A stretch of DNA of 64,000 nt from Podarcis bocagei (Eukaryota), in NCBI GenBank assembly GCA_964188305.1, contig OZ076894.1. One strand, written 5' to 3'. Each line of letters starts with the position of its first letter. The stretch's first letter is position 1. The position numbers and the translations under genes are program-made. This document shows positions 1 through 13,020 of the stretch, in pieces. Under the pieces are notes generated by a model. That model saw nothing but the letters and a program-made list of their open reading frames with translations. It ran no database searches and had not been told where the DNA came from.

Positions 1-133
1 TAATCCCTGACCACGGACTATGATGACTTGGGCTACTGGGAGTTGGGAGTGTAGCAACATCTGGAAGACTACAGGTTTCTCTTCCCTGATTTAGTCCTAC
101 ACAGGTGATTTACTCACGCATTGTGCCATGTAT

Positions 134-190
<57 letters not shown>

Positions 191-568
191 TTTATTATTT
201 ATAGCCCGCCAATCTGGCTGGGTTTCCCCAGCCACTCTGGGTGGCTTCCAAACACATAAAAACATAATAAGATGTTAAAATCTTCCCCAAACGGGGTTAC
301 CTTCAGATGTCTTCTAAAAGTCAGAGAGTTCCTTGACATCTGATGGGAGGGCGTTCCACAGGGACGGCACCACTGTTGAGAAGGCCCTCTGTCTGATTCC
401 CTGCAGCCTCACTTCTCGCAGTGAGGGAACTGTCAGAATGCACTCAGAGGTGGACCTCAGTGTCCAGGCTGAATGATGGGGGTGAAGATGCTCCTTCAGG
501 TATACTGGGCCGAGGCCATTTGGGGCTCTAAAGGTCAGCACCAACACTTTGAATTGTGCTTGGAAACA
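134..568 (-). mobile_element. L2 LINE 3' end fragment with (AAC)n tail
   Basis: Minus-strand peptide AQFKVLVLTF..GPVYLKEHL..RAFSTVVPSLWNALP resembles the L2 ORF2 C-terminus; (AAC)n at 134-189 marks the 3' tail; same family at 17367-17731 and 32587-32975. Confidence 0.8.
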
Positions 569-2915
569 TGCACCTCTAATGTCATTGTGCTGACTAGCCA
601 CATCCCCCAATGTTTATTCATTTGGTCCACACATCAGCAGGGAGAGAGCTTTCACGTTTACAGAGGATTCCACACAATTAGAATCCCTGAGCAACTGGGG
701 TTCCAGATCACATGCAAGCCTCTACACATGCAATTGTTTGTGTGAAGTCTCCCTGCCTGCAGATGTTTGCACTGTGTGCAGCTGTGTGTGCAGATGCCAG
801 GGGTGGCTGCTTAGCATGGCTCTATTCCTTGCTCATGTATTGGCAGCTGTGATTGGCTACACATTCCTGCTGCACACCCACTCCATGTTTGGATACCAAA
901 ATGTATTCTTCACAATTTATGCATTCTCCTTGGCTAACACCAAGGTAGCCAGGGCAGCATCAAAAGTAAGAATCAGCTCTAAGTATCCCATCTCTTGTGC
1001 AAAAGGTTGTGCTCAAGCACCTTGATTAAATAGTTGACTTTATCAACTGCTGGGAGCTCACTGGTGAAAGCCACTGATTCTACAAATAGATCAACACATT
1101 GACCAATACGCAGATAAACTCTGGGGCTTTTGTTTTAGCTCCGAACGAGACATGATGTTATTGCATTTTTTTTGTTAATAACACCCATGAGGAAACCCAG
1201 GCAGCTTCGATACCATGGGAGGTAGAAAGGGAGAGTTTAACTCTTTCTCTCTCTGCTACAGTCCTGACAACAATCTCCTCTCTGGACCAGCTACTTCTTG
1301 TCAGGAATTCAAGCCTTATCAGGAGAATCTGGCCACTCTCCAGGCACCCGGCTTGATCTCCTTGTTGACCTCCCTGTCTGCGTTTCCCGGCAGGATACAG
1401 GCTAGGTCGCGATCGGCGATCCTCCTCAGCGTGAGAAGGACACACCACTCTTCCCTGCTCCCCCCAGGGAGGGGAAAGAGATAGACAGAAATGTATTTAC
1501 ATGTTTTTATTTCTGTCCTTGCAGCGTCACAGAAAACACGTCTGCTCTCCTCAAACTCCAACAGCCGAGAGAGTAAAAAACTCCTCCTTCTGTACTTCCT
1601 GTACAGCTCATATTACACTCTGAGCTAATTCCAGTGCTCTGCACAGTGAATAGACTGTCCCTCTGGTTCCCACGGTACAGCCCCAACATTCCCATCATGT
1701 TTTGTTTTCCAGCTAGCTGCAGCTCGCTGCCGCATTGCTTCTATATCGTAACACTTCTATCTCAAGGGAAGCTTCTATTGGCACCAAGGCACCAAGGGGA
1801 ACCTCTCATTACTCGTGACAATTATATTTACATAGTTCATGCCACATATAGCTTTAGTTTTACCACTGTACCAATAGATAGTGCTATGGTTCATCTGGTA
1901 GCTACCTTTAAGCAATGGGTACAATAACTTAACAGAAGTCAAATAAAAACTTCAAATTGCCTCTAGTACTATGTGAACAGCTGGTTACAAAAATCACAGG
2001 ATATCTGTCAGTTAGACAAAGATCTGAAATGATCCTGTGGAGTTTGTGGCCAAAACTGAAAGCCAGAAACTTGTGTTATTGGTTTTCTGGCAACCTCCAG
2101 AACCTCTCTCCCCATTAGTTTATCTGATCCTATCATTTCTCAAGTCCAGCACTACATCTAACACTTCCTATCATTTTTCCTAAGGTTGTGACCTAGAAAT
2201 TTGCATTGGGCTAAATTAAGGGAAGTCCAGAGTGCAAAGAGGAACTCAGGGCAAGAGTTTCAGTCAGAGCAAAGGCAACCATGTGCAACGTGATCTTCTG
2301 TATCTCCCCTGTACAAAATGGAAGCTGACTTGGAGTCATTTGAAAAAATAATAATCTTGCATTCGGTAAGCCCTTTCATTCTTCTTTGCAGTGGCTTGAA
2401 ATCTAAGTTCATATATAGCTAACCTTGTGTTTTCTGAACTCTTGGACTGGACAATTCAAATGTCATCATCATAATTGTACATGCCATGAAAGCAACACAA
2501 ATACGAGGCATCCATCCAGCGCTTCAAATCTAATCAACATTTTCTCAGTCCCAGTTCAGGTTCCCTTTTCTGGTTTATGGTTTCATGAGACACTCCTGGC
2601 CACGGCAGGACTGCAACCCAATCTGTCTGACCAAGAAACCTGCAAGAGCTGAATCAAAGTCACTGAAACAAAAAAAGGGGGGGCAAGAGAGCAGTGTTTG
2701 CTAGATGCATTCTTGGATTACTGAATACAGACAGTTTGGCCTAAACTTCTAACATTCCCAGGCCTAAACACATTGGCCCTGGTCCAGAGAGAAGAGATCA
2801 GTGCCCGGAAATAGGCTTCTGTGTGCAGATCCCTCCTAGAACACATGCAAGAGACTACTGCAGGAAGGGAAAGAAATTGACCACATCCATCATAAAAATG
2901 CTTATCATTTATATA

Positions 2916-3218
2916 CAGTGGTGCCCCGCAAGACGAATACCTCGCTAGACGAAAGGGTTTTGCGGTTTTTGAGCTGCTTCGCAAGACGAATTTCCCTATG
3001 GGCTTGCTTCGCAAGACGAAAACGTCTTGCAAGTTTGTTTCCTTTTTCTTAACACCGTTAATAAGTTGCGACTTAGAGTGTGGTAGCCTTTTTTGAGGTT
3101 TTTGGTGATTTTTGAAGCTTTTCCAAAACTTTTCCGACACCGTGCTTCGCAAGACGAAAAATTCGCTAGAAGAAAAAACTCGTGGAATGAATTAATTTCG
3201 TCTTGCGAGGCACCACTG
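2916..3218. mobile_element. Tc1/mariner (pogo/Tigger-like) MITE, family A
   Basis: TIRs CAGTGGTGCCCCGCAAGACGAA / TTCGTCTTGCGAGGCACCACTG, TA target duplication; relatives at 29828 and 48540. Confidence 0.85.
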
Positions 3219-3712
3219 TAGCACTTCAGTGTTCAAATTGCTGCTCTGTGCTGAATATCTCTCTCCCTCTCTCCCTTTTTGAATCTGGCATCACCCCTGG
3301 TAGCAATGTGCAATGTGTTGTTAATGTTTACAAGCTGCAGTCAGCTAGTCTATAGGCTTGCTTCTTCCATATTTCTGCTCCTTCCATTGTTGTTCTATCA
3401 GCAACAACCGAATCATCCATGCTACTCTCCACGGGGAAGAATTCATCTGCAATTACCTTGGGGACTGTGACTGCAGAGCAGGGGTGCTGTACTTGACAGC
3501 TTAGCACAGGGATTGTCAAAATGGCACCCTGGAGGTCTTCCCCTGGTGCCCACAAAACCTCTGTCCCCCTAATGTCTCCTTGGCCATTAGATGGTGTGGG
3601 CTGCTGCTTTCTTCTCCCATGAACAGTACATAGAGCTGAAGGAGGAAATTAGAAGAGTGACATTTTCCCACTTCCTCTTTCAGCTCTATGTACTTTTCCA
3701 GGTTTGGACTTA

Positions 3713-3954
3713 TAGTGGTACCTCGGGTTACAGACGCTTCAGGTTACAGACACTTCAGGTTACAGACTCTGCTAACCCAGAAATAGTGCTTCAGGTTAAG
3801 AACTTTGCTTCAGGATGAGAACAGAAATCGTGCTCCGGCGGCGCGGCGGCAGCAGGAGGCCCCATTAGCTAAAGTGGTGCTTCAGGTTAAGAACAGTTTC
3901 AGGTTAAGAACGGACCTCCAGAACGAATTAAGTTCTTAACCCGAGGTACCACTG
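3713..3954. mobile_element. Tc1/mariner (Tigger-like) MITE, family B
   Basis: TIRs (C/T)AGTGGTACCTCGGGTTA / TAACCCGAGGTACCACTG with TA TSD; near-identical inverted copy at 36617-36858. Confidence 0.85.
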
Positions 3955-4829
3955 TATTCTACTAGACGTGGCTAGAAGTGGTTGAACCCATGGCACTCCC
4001 TAAAAAAATTGCAATTGTGCCCACAGGTATGAAAAAGTTGTTTAGCATTTGCATCCCACACACCTTCTACAGTTAGGGGGAGAGAACACACAGAATGTAC
4101 CTATAGCAAAGACAGGCCAGTAATCCTAGTGTTACCCAGTAGTTGGAAGGGCACCCTTGGTGTCTTCTATTGACCCTGCCTGAAGTGTATTAAACAGAGA
4201 TGAGCAGTCCCAGAGAGAAGCCACAGCTCAGGGACAGAGAACATTCACAGTTTCAGTCCTTGGCATCTCAAGTTCAAAGGTATCAAAATGGGAGAAGACC
4301 ATGGAGAGCTACTGTCAGGGAACTCCTTGGCAAAAAAAAAAAAGTCCAATGGTTGAAGCCAATGAAATCATTCAACTCATGGGATGATGTCTGCTTGTGG
4401 CACAGAATGTCCCCTCCCTCTCCTCCCTGCATGCACACCTCCCCAAATCTACTTTGAGGGGTTCTCCCACTCTCCAGAGCATATGGGGGGTTGCATACAG
4501 AAGGAGGGGAGAAGGAGGACAGGAGGTCTAATGCAATATGTTCCTTATGATCCTGTTCCTTATGTTCCTATCAGCTGCAATTCATTGGAGCATCCAGGGG
4601 CATTCCTGTTAGAATTCCTGCTCCATGATTGCAGTCATGGGATTGTTGTCTATCACATGACGGTGTATGTTTTGACTCCACAGAGTGGGAAGTGACGGAG
4701 ACAGGATGTTTGTGTTACTGTGTTCCATGAAGTGGGACTATTGTCCTTTGTTCTTTTTCTCTTTGCTGTCTGATGTTAGAGAGAGAGGGAGCCATGTTGC
4801 AGTGCTCTGTGTGTGTTTATATGTAAATA

Positions 4830-5081
4830 CAGTGGTACCTCTGGATGCGAACAGGATCCGTTCCGGAGCCCCGTTCACATCCTGAAGCGAATGCAACCCA
4901 CATCTGTGTGTGCGCAGGTCGTGATTCGCTGCTTCCGCGCATGCGTGTGACGTCATTTTGAGCATCTGCACATGCGCGAGCGGCGAAACTCGGAAGTAAT
5001 GCGTTCCATTACTTCCAGGTCACCGCAGAGCGCAGCCCGAAAATGCTCAACCTGAAGTATATTTAACCTGAGGTATGACTG
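4830..5081. mobile_element. Tc1/mariner (Tigger-like) MITE
   Basis: CAGTGGTACCTC ... GAGGTATGACTG termini flanked by TA; CpG-rich interior. Confidence 0.75.
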
Positions 5082-8048
5082 TAAAGTAGATTAGCCAAAA
5101 TGCTGAGTTGCTGAGGTCTGTCACGCAGGTGTGCAAACTCTGTGGATCCCTAAGTGTGCCGGTGTCAGTTGGCATCGGTCACTGTGATGTTCTGGCTGAA
5201 GAAAGCTTATGAAGCTCCCAAACGATCAACCAGGTGAGAGGGAACATGTCAGTAGGGGCATGTGTCTCTGCCAGGGTCCTACTCGAGTGTAGGCCAAACT
5301 CCTGACAGAGATACAACAGTCTCTTCACAGATTACCAAGAGTACCCATAGAGGTAGGGGGTGAGATTGAAGCCTTCAACCTTTCTTCCACCTCCTACATG
5401 CAGACAAATTCTACTCTCATGTGATGTTTTCTCTTGGTTAGAGAACATACCCTTTTCAGGATTTATCAGCTGCGTGGGCAGATTCTATGAACTGCTTTCT
5501 GAAGGTATGCTGAATGAGCATAGAAGACAGGAGACAGGACAGTGGGTGTGCTGTGCTTCCACACAAGCGGCATTTATCAAATTGTATGAAGATGGCAATG
5601 GTCTCCCTTCATTTCTTGATCAAACTGGACCACCTGGCGAATGCTTGCCCTCTAGAGGACAAGATGGTGCAATATACTGGAAAATAAGCATGACAAATAG
5701 GCAAAGATGCTTTTCAGAATATGACTGAGCAATTCAAAGGTGAGTCTATGCGGTTATCCATTGTGCATTTCAACCTTCTCACAGGTTTAGTCAGTCTGCC
5801 AAGCCTTCAGCAAAACTCACAAGCTGCTGTTGGCCACAGCTGCAGATTGTACTGTCCCAAAGGTGCAATTTGTGGTCATGTGCCGTATACCACCCTGGCT
5901 CAGTTTAAAAGTCCTGGCACCAGTTGAGAGCTTTGAGGATCAAGCTGAATGCTTGCCCAGTTCTTAGCAGCCTCCATTCCCACCACATGACACCAGATGC
6001 ATTTAATATAGCTGGGATTCTAAAATGCTCCTAAAGTGCTGCCATGATTTAAATTGCATTTGCCGGACCCGGCAAGGAAGGTGGAAATGCTGTAGATGGG
6101 ACTTCCAGTCCCCATATTTCAAATGAAATGATGCATGATAGTCATATGCTAAATATGGTTTGGAATATCACTTTCAAGCCATTGTCTGGAAAATGTGAGC
6201 AATCCACCACTCGCCCTGTTGAATGAAGACCAAGAGCTTGTGAATTAAACTGCTGTCAGTTGTCGAAGGGTGAAGACAGGTGCAATCTTGACCTGCCAGC
6301 TGCAAACAGAGCAAGTTCAGTGCTTGCAAAGAAGCAGCCCAGACCACATTGCGATCATCCATTAAGAAATGGAAAAGTAATGGAGTGCTTTATAAAGAGA
6401 ATGGGTGGCTTTTCACTCAAATCATCCTGGTTTGAATCCAGCCTCAGTCAAAGAGACTAGAACTTAATTTGATGATGTGATGGTAAAATATTCAGCTTGT
6501 ATGATGCTCAATGGCCCAAGCCATACTGCCAGAAAAAATAAAACTTCCCGCACAAGTCAACTTTGGTCCAAATGGCAGACTCTTATTTTATTGGATGGGG
6601 TGAGGAGGTCAAAAATGGGTGGGTGGGTGGGGGCTCAAGAAGAACACACATATTGGCTGAAATAATACTACCAATAAAGTTCTCCTGAAGTCCTATTGAA
6701 ATGAATGAGACATAAATGAGTCACAACTTGTACAACTGATTCCAATAAGGTTTAAGGACTCCTAACTTTCTCTGGATTTGAGATACCAGATTTTGGGTTG
6801 AGAAGATCAGAGAGAGAGAGAGAAACAAACAAACAGGCAGACATGGAGACAGGATGAGCCCCATAGAAATTTGAAAATACTGCTATGGGGAAACTGGTGC
6901 CCCAGTATGAAGAAGCCTTCAAGGAATTGTGGGTCAACCTGCAAATAGAAAAAGGACTCCTAGCCTCCCAGGCTTATCAAAGTTGAAAAGCAGGCTCTCA
7001 TGAACAGAACATTTATCACTCGCTAGAGCAGAATGATTTCATTTATGACCCCTACAACACAGTCCACAAGGAGATGTGATGAATAAGCTGAGACATTCTG
7101 TTTTACAGACCTGTTGACTTTGCATTGTGGGGAACATTGAGCCAGTTGCAATGCCGATTAGAAACTGCACACCTGCACATTCTTAGACAGACAGGGAAAT
7201 TCTGGGACTTTAACTCTCTGATTATGCCATTTTCTGCAAATGGGTTTTTTTGGTAATTTTTATAACACTTCCCCAATGAATGTGTATTATTATTATTTTT
7301 TGCAGGATAATAATTCTTCATAGTAGTTTGCAGCAGAAGATTCCACAGAAGGCTTTAATTTTCTTTTTAAAAAGTATTTTAACAATTAGTTTATAATTAA
7401 TCTTTATTGCATTATCTAAGGATGCAAAAAAAAAAATATCAAATCATGAGATTAGTGATCAGATTTTCTGCTTTCCAACTCCACCTTTTCCCAATTAACC
7501 CCCTCCCCAAGTTGCTATGATGAAAATGAACAGGTAACATACCACTCTCAATGCCATGACTGGTTGTGCTAAGCAATTGTGTTTTGGCTAAGCATTTGAG
7601 TGATCAAAACAGAGGACAAATGACCTGGACATGCCAATTTGTAGAACACCTCTAATAACAACCTTTTGCATCAGATTAATTATTAATACATTCAAATGAT
7701 TTTGCGCAATATAGTATAAATGGAGAGATATTTTACAATGCCCAATAATTAATTTGTATAAAACAGGATCGGGCTATATGGTGTAGTGCAGTGGTCTTAA
7801 ACTTTTTCAGAATCAAGAGTCACCTTTAATCCCAACTTTCAATATGTTTAATCCCATATTCCTCCACTTACATTTTGCTTTCCAACTTCCTACCACTTTC
7901 TACCTTACTCAACTGAGCCAGGAGTCCTTAAACACCCAATGCTGAGAGCAAAGTTCTCAGGGGGAGCCATTTTAGATTCTCCCACCCCACTCTCCATATG
8001 ATATGACCTCCTTCTGTCATTGTGCTGGGAGGAAACTTAACATGTATC

Positions 8049-8225
8049 CAGTGCTTTTTTCTGGGGGGATGCAGGGGTATGCATACCCCTAAACATTTTG
8101 TGAATCTTTGTACGTTTGTCCACTTACTGTATTTATTTTCCCTGATTTGAACTATAGAATGGTGATTTTCTTGAGTCAAAATGAGAGTACTCCTAAACAT
8201 CTTTTTTTTTGGGGGGGAAGCACTG
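8049..8225. mobile_element. hAT MITE
   Basis: CAGTGCTT...AAGCACTG termini with perfect 8-bp TSD CATGTATC (8041-8048 / 8226-8233). Confidence 0.8.
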
Positions 8226-11129
8226 CATGTATCTCTATATTCTTCTTAGATAGGTTTGATCAAGAATGAAGCTTTGTGGTGCAAAGTATTTGACACCACA
8301 GCTAAAGCATCCTGTTGATCTATACAAGGCCATTTGGTACCTTCTCAGTCTCCTTGTTTCTCGATTTCTCTGTCCTCGAACTGTACCTCCTACTCTCATA
8401 GGGCTACTTTCCCTTTGTTAGTACCTGCAACAGGCACAGACCTGGTGGGTTTTTATGCTTCTGGCAGGACTTCAGATTGCAGAGCTTCCCTTGCTTTTGG
8501 CCCTCTCCAGTCCTTGATCAAGAGCTCCCTTGTGCATCCAGATCGAGATGCCTGTTTAACTTCTGTCCGCAGCATTTCAAAGTGATTAGTCAGGTCCTGG
8601 ATTGTGGCCATCGGAATATGACTTTTTTTTATTAAAAAAAAAGCACAGTTCCTCCCATATTTTCCTCACCCTCCGCATCTGGAAGACAGATAATAACTCC
8701 CCCAGTGTCTTGCTTCTCCTTATTCTATATTAATTTCAGTTACGAGGTTAAGCTAATAGCTTATTGCTGGCTGGTGACTTGAGGAAAGCAGAATGGGATC
8801 CATTGACTCATTGTGGGGCAACTTAACCACAGAGGGCCTTGAGAGATGTTAAGTGACCACAAAATGGCTTTTGGGTGGCAAAGCCCCAAACTGGTCAAAT
8901 AGTACACCTGTGTTGTCAAGCTTTTAACCATATCTTGAGTTTCCTCTACAATTAATAGCTTTGGCCATTTCCAGTCCAATAAGTCAGTCTTGTGACAGTC
9001 TGAATTACCTGTAAGATAATTGCTGGCCAACTTTTTGTCAGTGCAAACTTCCATTACTAAAGCCTACTAAATCCCTAGGTTTTCTAGCCTCCAGCTGCAT
9101 TGCCATAAATAAGTTGCTTGCACTCCTGAGGAGCTCAACTGTTAAACTCATCTGTAGGTGCACTGTGCCTTCAACTCATCACTGCAAATTCACCGGAGTC
9201 CATCTCTTCTTCATTTCAGATTATCTCAAGTTTCTTCTCTCGAGAGAGACCTAACACTTACATCTCTAACTCCCTCTTTCTAGGGAGGATCGCAGAAGAC
9301 CCGAGTTTGTGAAAGGAATGAAGACAGGCAGTGAAAACTTCAGGCTTCTCATCCTGTCAGTAGCAGACTTGAGATATCGTTGTCTTGGTCTAAGTGTTTG
9401 TTTAATGTTCTCTCAGCAGCAGACCTTTCCAAAAGCTCCTTTCACATTCTCAGGCCGTCTGTCACGCAGGATTGCCATATATGTACAAATCATAACATAT
9501 GTTCTTTCATTTTAAAGGACTCGCTCAAAGATGTTTGTCTTTCCGTCAACGAAATTTGTCTTCCTTGTGATGAAATGCACAGAAACTCCACTTTCGGGCT
9601 GCACGTCGCACCATCAAATGCTTTTAAGAAACTGAAATCTTCTTTTAGAGATGTTTTTATTGAGTGCACATCCTTTCTGGCCACTTAGAGGCACGCTTCC
9701 CTCCTCACAAATGCATCCTCTTTTTGTTGTTGTTGTTCTATTTGTTCAGTGTTTTGAGCATTAGCAGAAGTTAAGCAGCATTGCTCATTTATTCCACCTG
9801 AAAATGCAGCTCCAATAACGTATTCCAGTAATGCAATGGGTACAGTCAGTGCTTTTATTCTGGGGCTACTCAAGCATACACAGTACTGGTTCCAGTGTAT
9901 CATTACAGATTTAAACTGTTCATCTTTTGTATGCTGGAATTTTGACCCCCCCCCCCAATTGTACTCCACTTGCAGACTATTTTGGATACAGTACACACAA
10001 ACACACTCTGTCATCCACCTGAAGATCTTCTTCCCATTGATCCCTCCCCTTCCATGCTTGTGACCCAAATGTGTGACTGCGACAAGGATACTCCATGCAG
10101 ATACTGAATTGTTTAACTTTCTTCTCATCTCAAAAGTGGGAAGAAAAGGAGGACACATGCTTTCAGCATAAAGTGCCCCTCTCACAAATCACATCATGAA
10201 CATAGTGGAGGCAGTTATAGCAGGTAACTGGTGCAGGTAAAAATGTCTGAAGCTGCCTTACATTTCTCCGCAGAACTGACATCTTCATTTATCAGAAAAA
10301 CAACAACACAGTCATCTTTTATGTATATAATCACTTATCCTGACATGAAAGAAAAACCCGTTAGTCTTGGCATGGATTTTTGACTCCCTGACAACTAAAG
10401 TCAAACGAGACAAGGATTCATAATTGGACCCCGTGTCTATTTCAATTTCAAAAGAAGCTGAGAGAATTTGATTCAGACTAGCAGTGTGGGGAAATGCTCT
10501 GAATATGGAAAATGGTATGGTATGATAATTCCCATTTTCACTCTCTCCCATTGCTGCACTTACAAAGAATTGTACAAGAAGATCTGGTGTCTCACATAGT
10601 TTTTCTCCTTTTCACCCTCTAGCAATCTGTAAAACCTGTGGCTCTGCAAGTGTGGCTGGACTCCAGCTCCCATCATCCAGTGTCACCCTGACTGGGACTG
10701 ATGGGGGCGGGAGTTCAAAATCTGTGGAGGGCCACAGATTCTCCACTTATAAAAGGAAAACAAATGCTATAAGGTAACGGGTTGTAGGAGCATTGTTTAA
10801 TTATGCACGTCAGAGAAGGAAACCACCAACACCTTTCTCCCTCCCTCTCGCTCTCACACACAGTCAGTTTGTATGAGGTGGAAGTGATAAAAATAAACAA
10901 CACAACAGGAAGGCAACAATTTAGCTGTGTGTCGGATAATAAAGACGTTAACAATCAAAGCCAAAAGCAGACAGTATGGTGGGGGAGTGTGTTTGTGTGT
11001 GAAATACATTTGAAACATCATCCTGTGTGAAATATTGTTACTTGGCAGTTTATTGAGTGATTTTTATATTCCACGGGCCAATTGTTGATCTTTGATTAAA
11101 TGTTACAAGGATTTAGAGCTAGTATATGG

Positions 11130-11143
11130 CCACTAGGGGGCAC
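11130..11143 (+). promoter_or_regulatory. Candidate CTCF motif
   Basis: CCACTAGGGGGCAC matches the CTCF core consensus; occupancy unknown. Confidence 0.45.
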
Positions 11144-11230
11144 CCATTTTGTTTCGTGTAAGCAATTACCATTATATTCTAAAGAAATATATTAAAATGC
11201 ACAATTTGAACATATTGCTTTTCAGAAAGT

Positions 11231-11428
11231 TAGGAATGGAGAAAGCTGCCATATACCTAGTCACACCAATGGTCCATCTCACTCAGTGTTGCCTGCACTG
11301 ACTGGCAGCTGCTCTCCAGGGTTTCAGGTAGGGAGTCTCTCCTAGCCTACCTGGAGTTGCTGAGAATTTACCCTGGGATCTTCTACATGCAAGGCAGATT
11401 CTCTACCGCTGAGCTTTGACCCTTCCCC
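11231..11428 (-). mobile_element. tRNA-derived SINE (Squam3-like)
   Basis: Reverse complement of the tRNA-like head and body seen at 29586-29772. Confidence 0.7.
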
Positions 11429-11881
11429 AAGCAGTTTCTGTTGCCTCTTCTTGATTTCCTAAATGAATTTTAGGAACGAGCTTTTGTGAACAGCAATACC
11501 TCGCTATAGAAAAGGGAATTAGCTGTTTCTCCTCCAGCACAAAACCAGGTTTTGTCTTCCACCCAAGCACAAACCCTGTGTGTAAGTACAGAAAACCATA
11601 AGTACATAAATGGGGAACGACAACACATTTGCCCATTACTTAAACGTGTGCTAACTGCAGCCAATCCTGTGTTTTGCATTAGTCTGTGGTTGCTGCAGTT
11701 GCATCCTTAGTTACTGGCTTATTCTATGAAAGGAAGGAAGACCGGTCTGTCCATGCTATAAGGTTTTGTCTCTACTCTCAACTTTTTGTCTAGGGGACTA
11801 GATGGTTAATCTGTTTTCAGAGTTTGCCTTCAAACCTTGTTCATACTGAAAGTTGTGTTCTCTTAGGTGGGGCGAATCTGG

Positions 11882-11882
<1 letters not shown>

Positions 11883-11930
<48 letters not shown>
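11883..11930. repeat. (TTTC)n microsatellite
   Basis: Direct tandem repeat. Confidence 0.95.
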
Positions 11931-11931
<1 letters not shown>

Positions 11932-13020
11932 GTTGTACTGCTTCGAAGTTTGCAAAGACATCCATTGACTCGTGTGAGATTTCTCATCTTAAAAACAGTT
12001 TGAATCAGATACCACACACAGAGCTATAACTTCAGGTAAGCAAAATATTAATGGCACCTGCCAGTGAGGGACAACTTTCCCGCCCACCCCCCAAATAATG
12101 CTCTTTGGAGCAGTGTTATGTCATGATGTAAATATTATGCTGGGCATTTTTCTTTGAAACAACAACAGTGGCCAAAACTCACTGATGAGTTTTGCTGCCA
12201 CCCCTGAAACCAGCTGAAACAACCCACCCATTTTTGCAGCCTGAATACTTGCATGTGCAACAAGGGCTGTCTCTTTGCCCCTCAGTTCCAGTTATATGTG
12301 TTTATGAAAAATTCAAAAGCAATCAGCGGTATAAAACTAACCCAACTTTAAAACGGCAGGGCACCGAGCATAAAAAGGCTTAGTGATTTTTCACTGAAGG
12401 CAGTGGAAACAATCTTTCCCTTGTGAAGGAATTTACAACGGAGCTGGCATTTATTGAACAAGTAATCAAAAACATCTGAAATCACTGCACATCCATCAAG
12501 AAGCTTCATGTAAGGAAGTTTGGAGCATTTCTCTTTGTCTGAAATAGCTTCTCAGCAGCGCCCGGCCTTGGAATGTAAGCTTACCTGAGACGATCTGAGC
12601 CTCTCTGCTTTCTATGGCTCTGGCCTTCCAGCAATTGCAACCTCTGGAGAAGGAAAAAGGAAGAAGGACCCGCTGCTGGCTAGGAATGGGCCAATCCGCC
12701 CATTTCCAGTCACATTTCCACATTAGTTTGCAAATTTTTAATTAAAAAAAAAAAAGTTTTCGTGAGAACACACCAGCATTTCAGTTCTCCTAACATGCAC
12801 ATTTTGCTTGCGATTTTGCCCAGCATACACAGTTTTGCAAAACAGTTTTCCTGGAGACTGCCATCTCCCCCACCAAGGGGACCATCTGCATTTGCTGCTG
12901 GGGGATTGACAGCCATTTTATTCAGAGGGTGGGGTTGTTTTAAATTGCTGTTAAATGTTATATGTTAATTCGGATCCTTGTATTTGTATTTGCTGGCTGG
13001 AGTATTGTTTAGGGCCTTTT

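Noticed and set aside
1158-1561. CpG-containing segment with overlapping ORFs and an FKPY motif reminiscent of the GNMT C-terminus
   Set aside because: The FKPY match is on the wrong strand and the surrounding residues do not match GNMT; the splice donor is weak and no product is recognisable.
2916-3218. Recurrent GCAAGACGAA motifs with spacers, superficially CRISPR-like
   Set aside because: Eukaryotic context, irregular spacing and location within TIR/TA-bounded MITEs; these are subterminal repeats.
3328-3555. 75-aa minus-strand ORF that might be a terminal exon
   Set aside because: No convincing acceptor and no recognisable homology.
5242-5266. Two CATG half-sites resembling a p53 response element
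   Set aside because: Both half-sites mismatch RRRCWWGYYY and are separated by a spacer; expected by chance.
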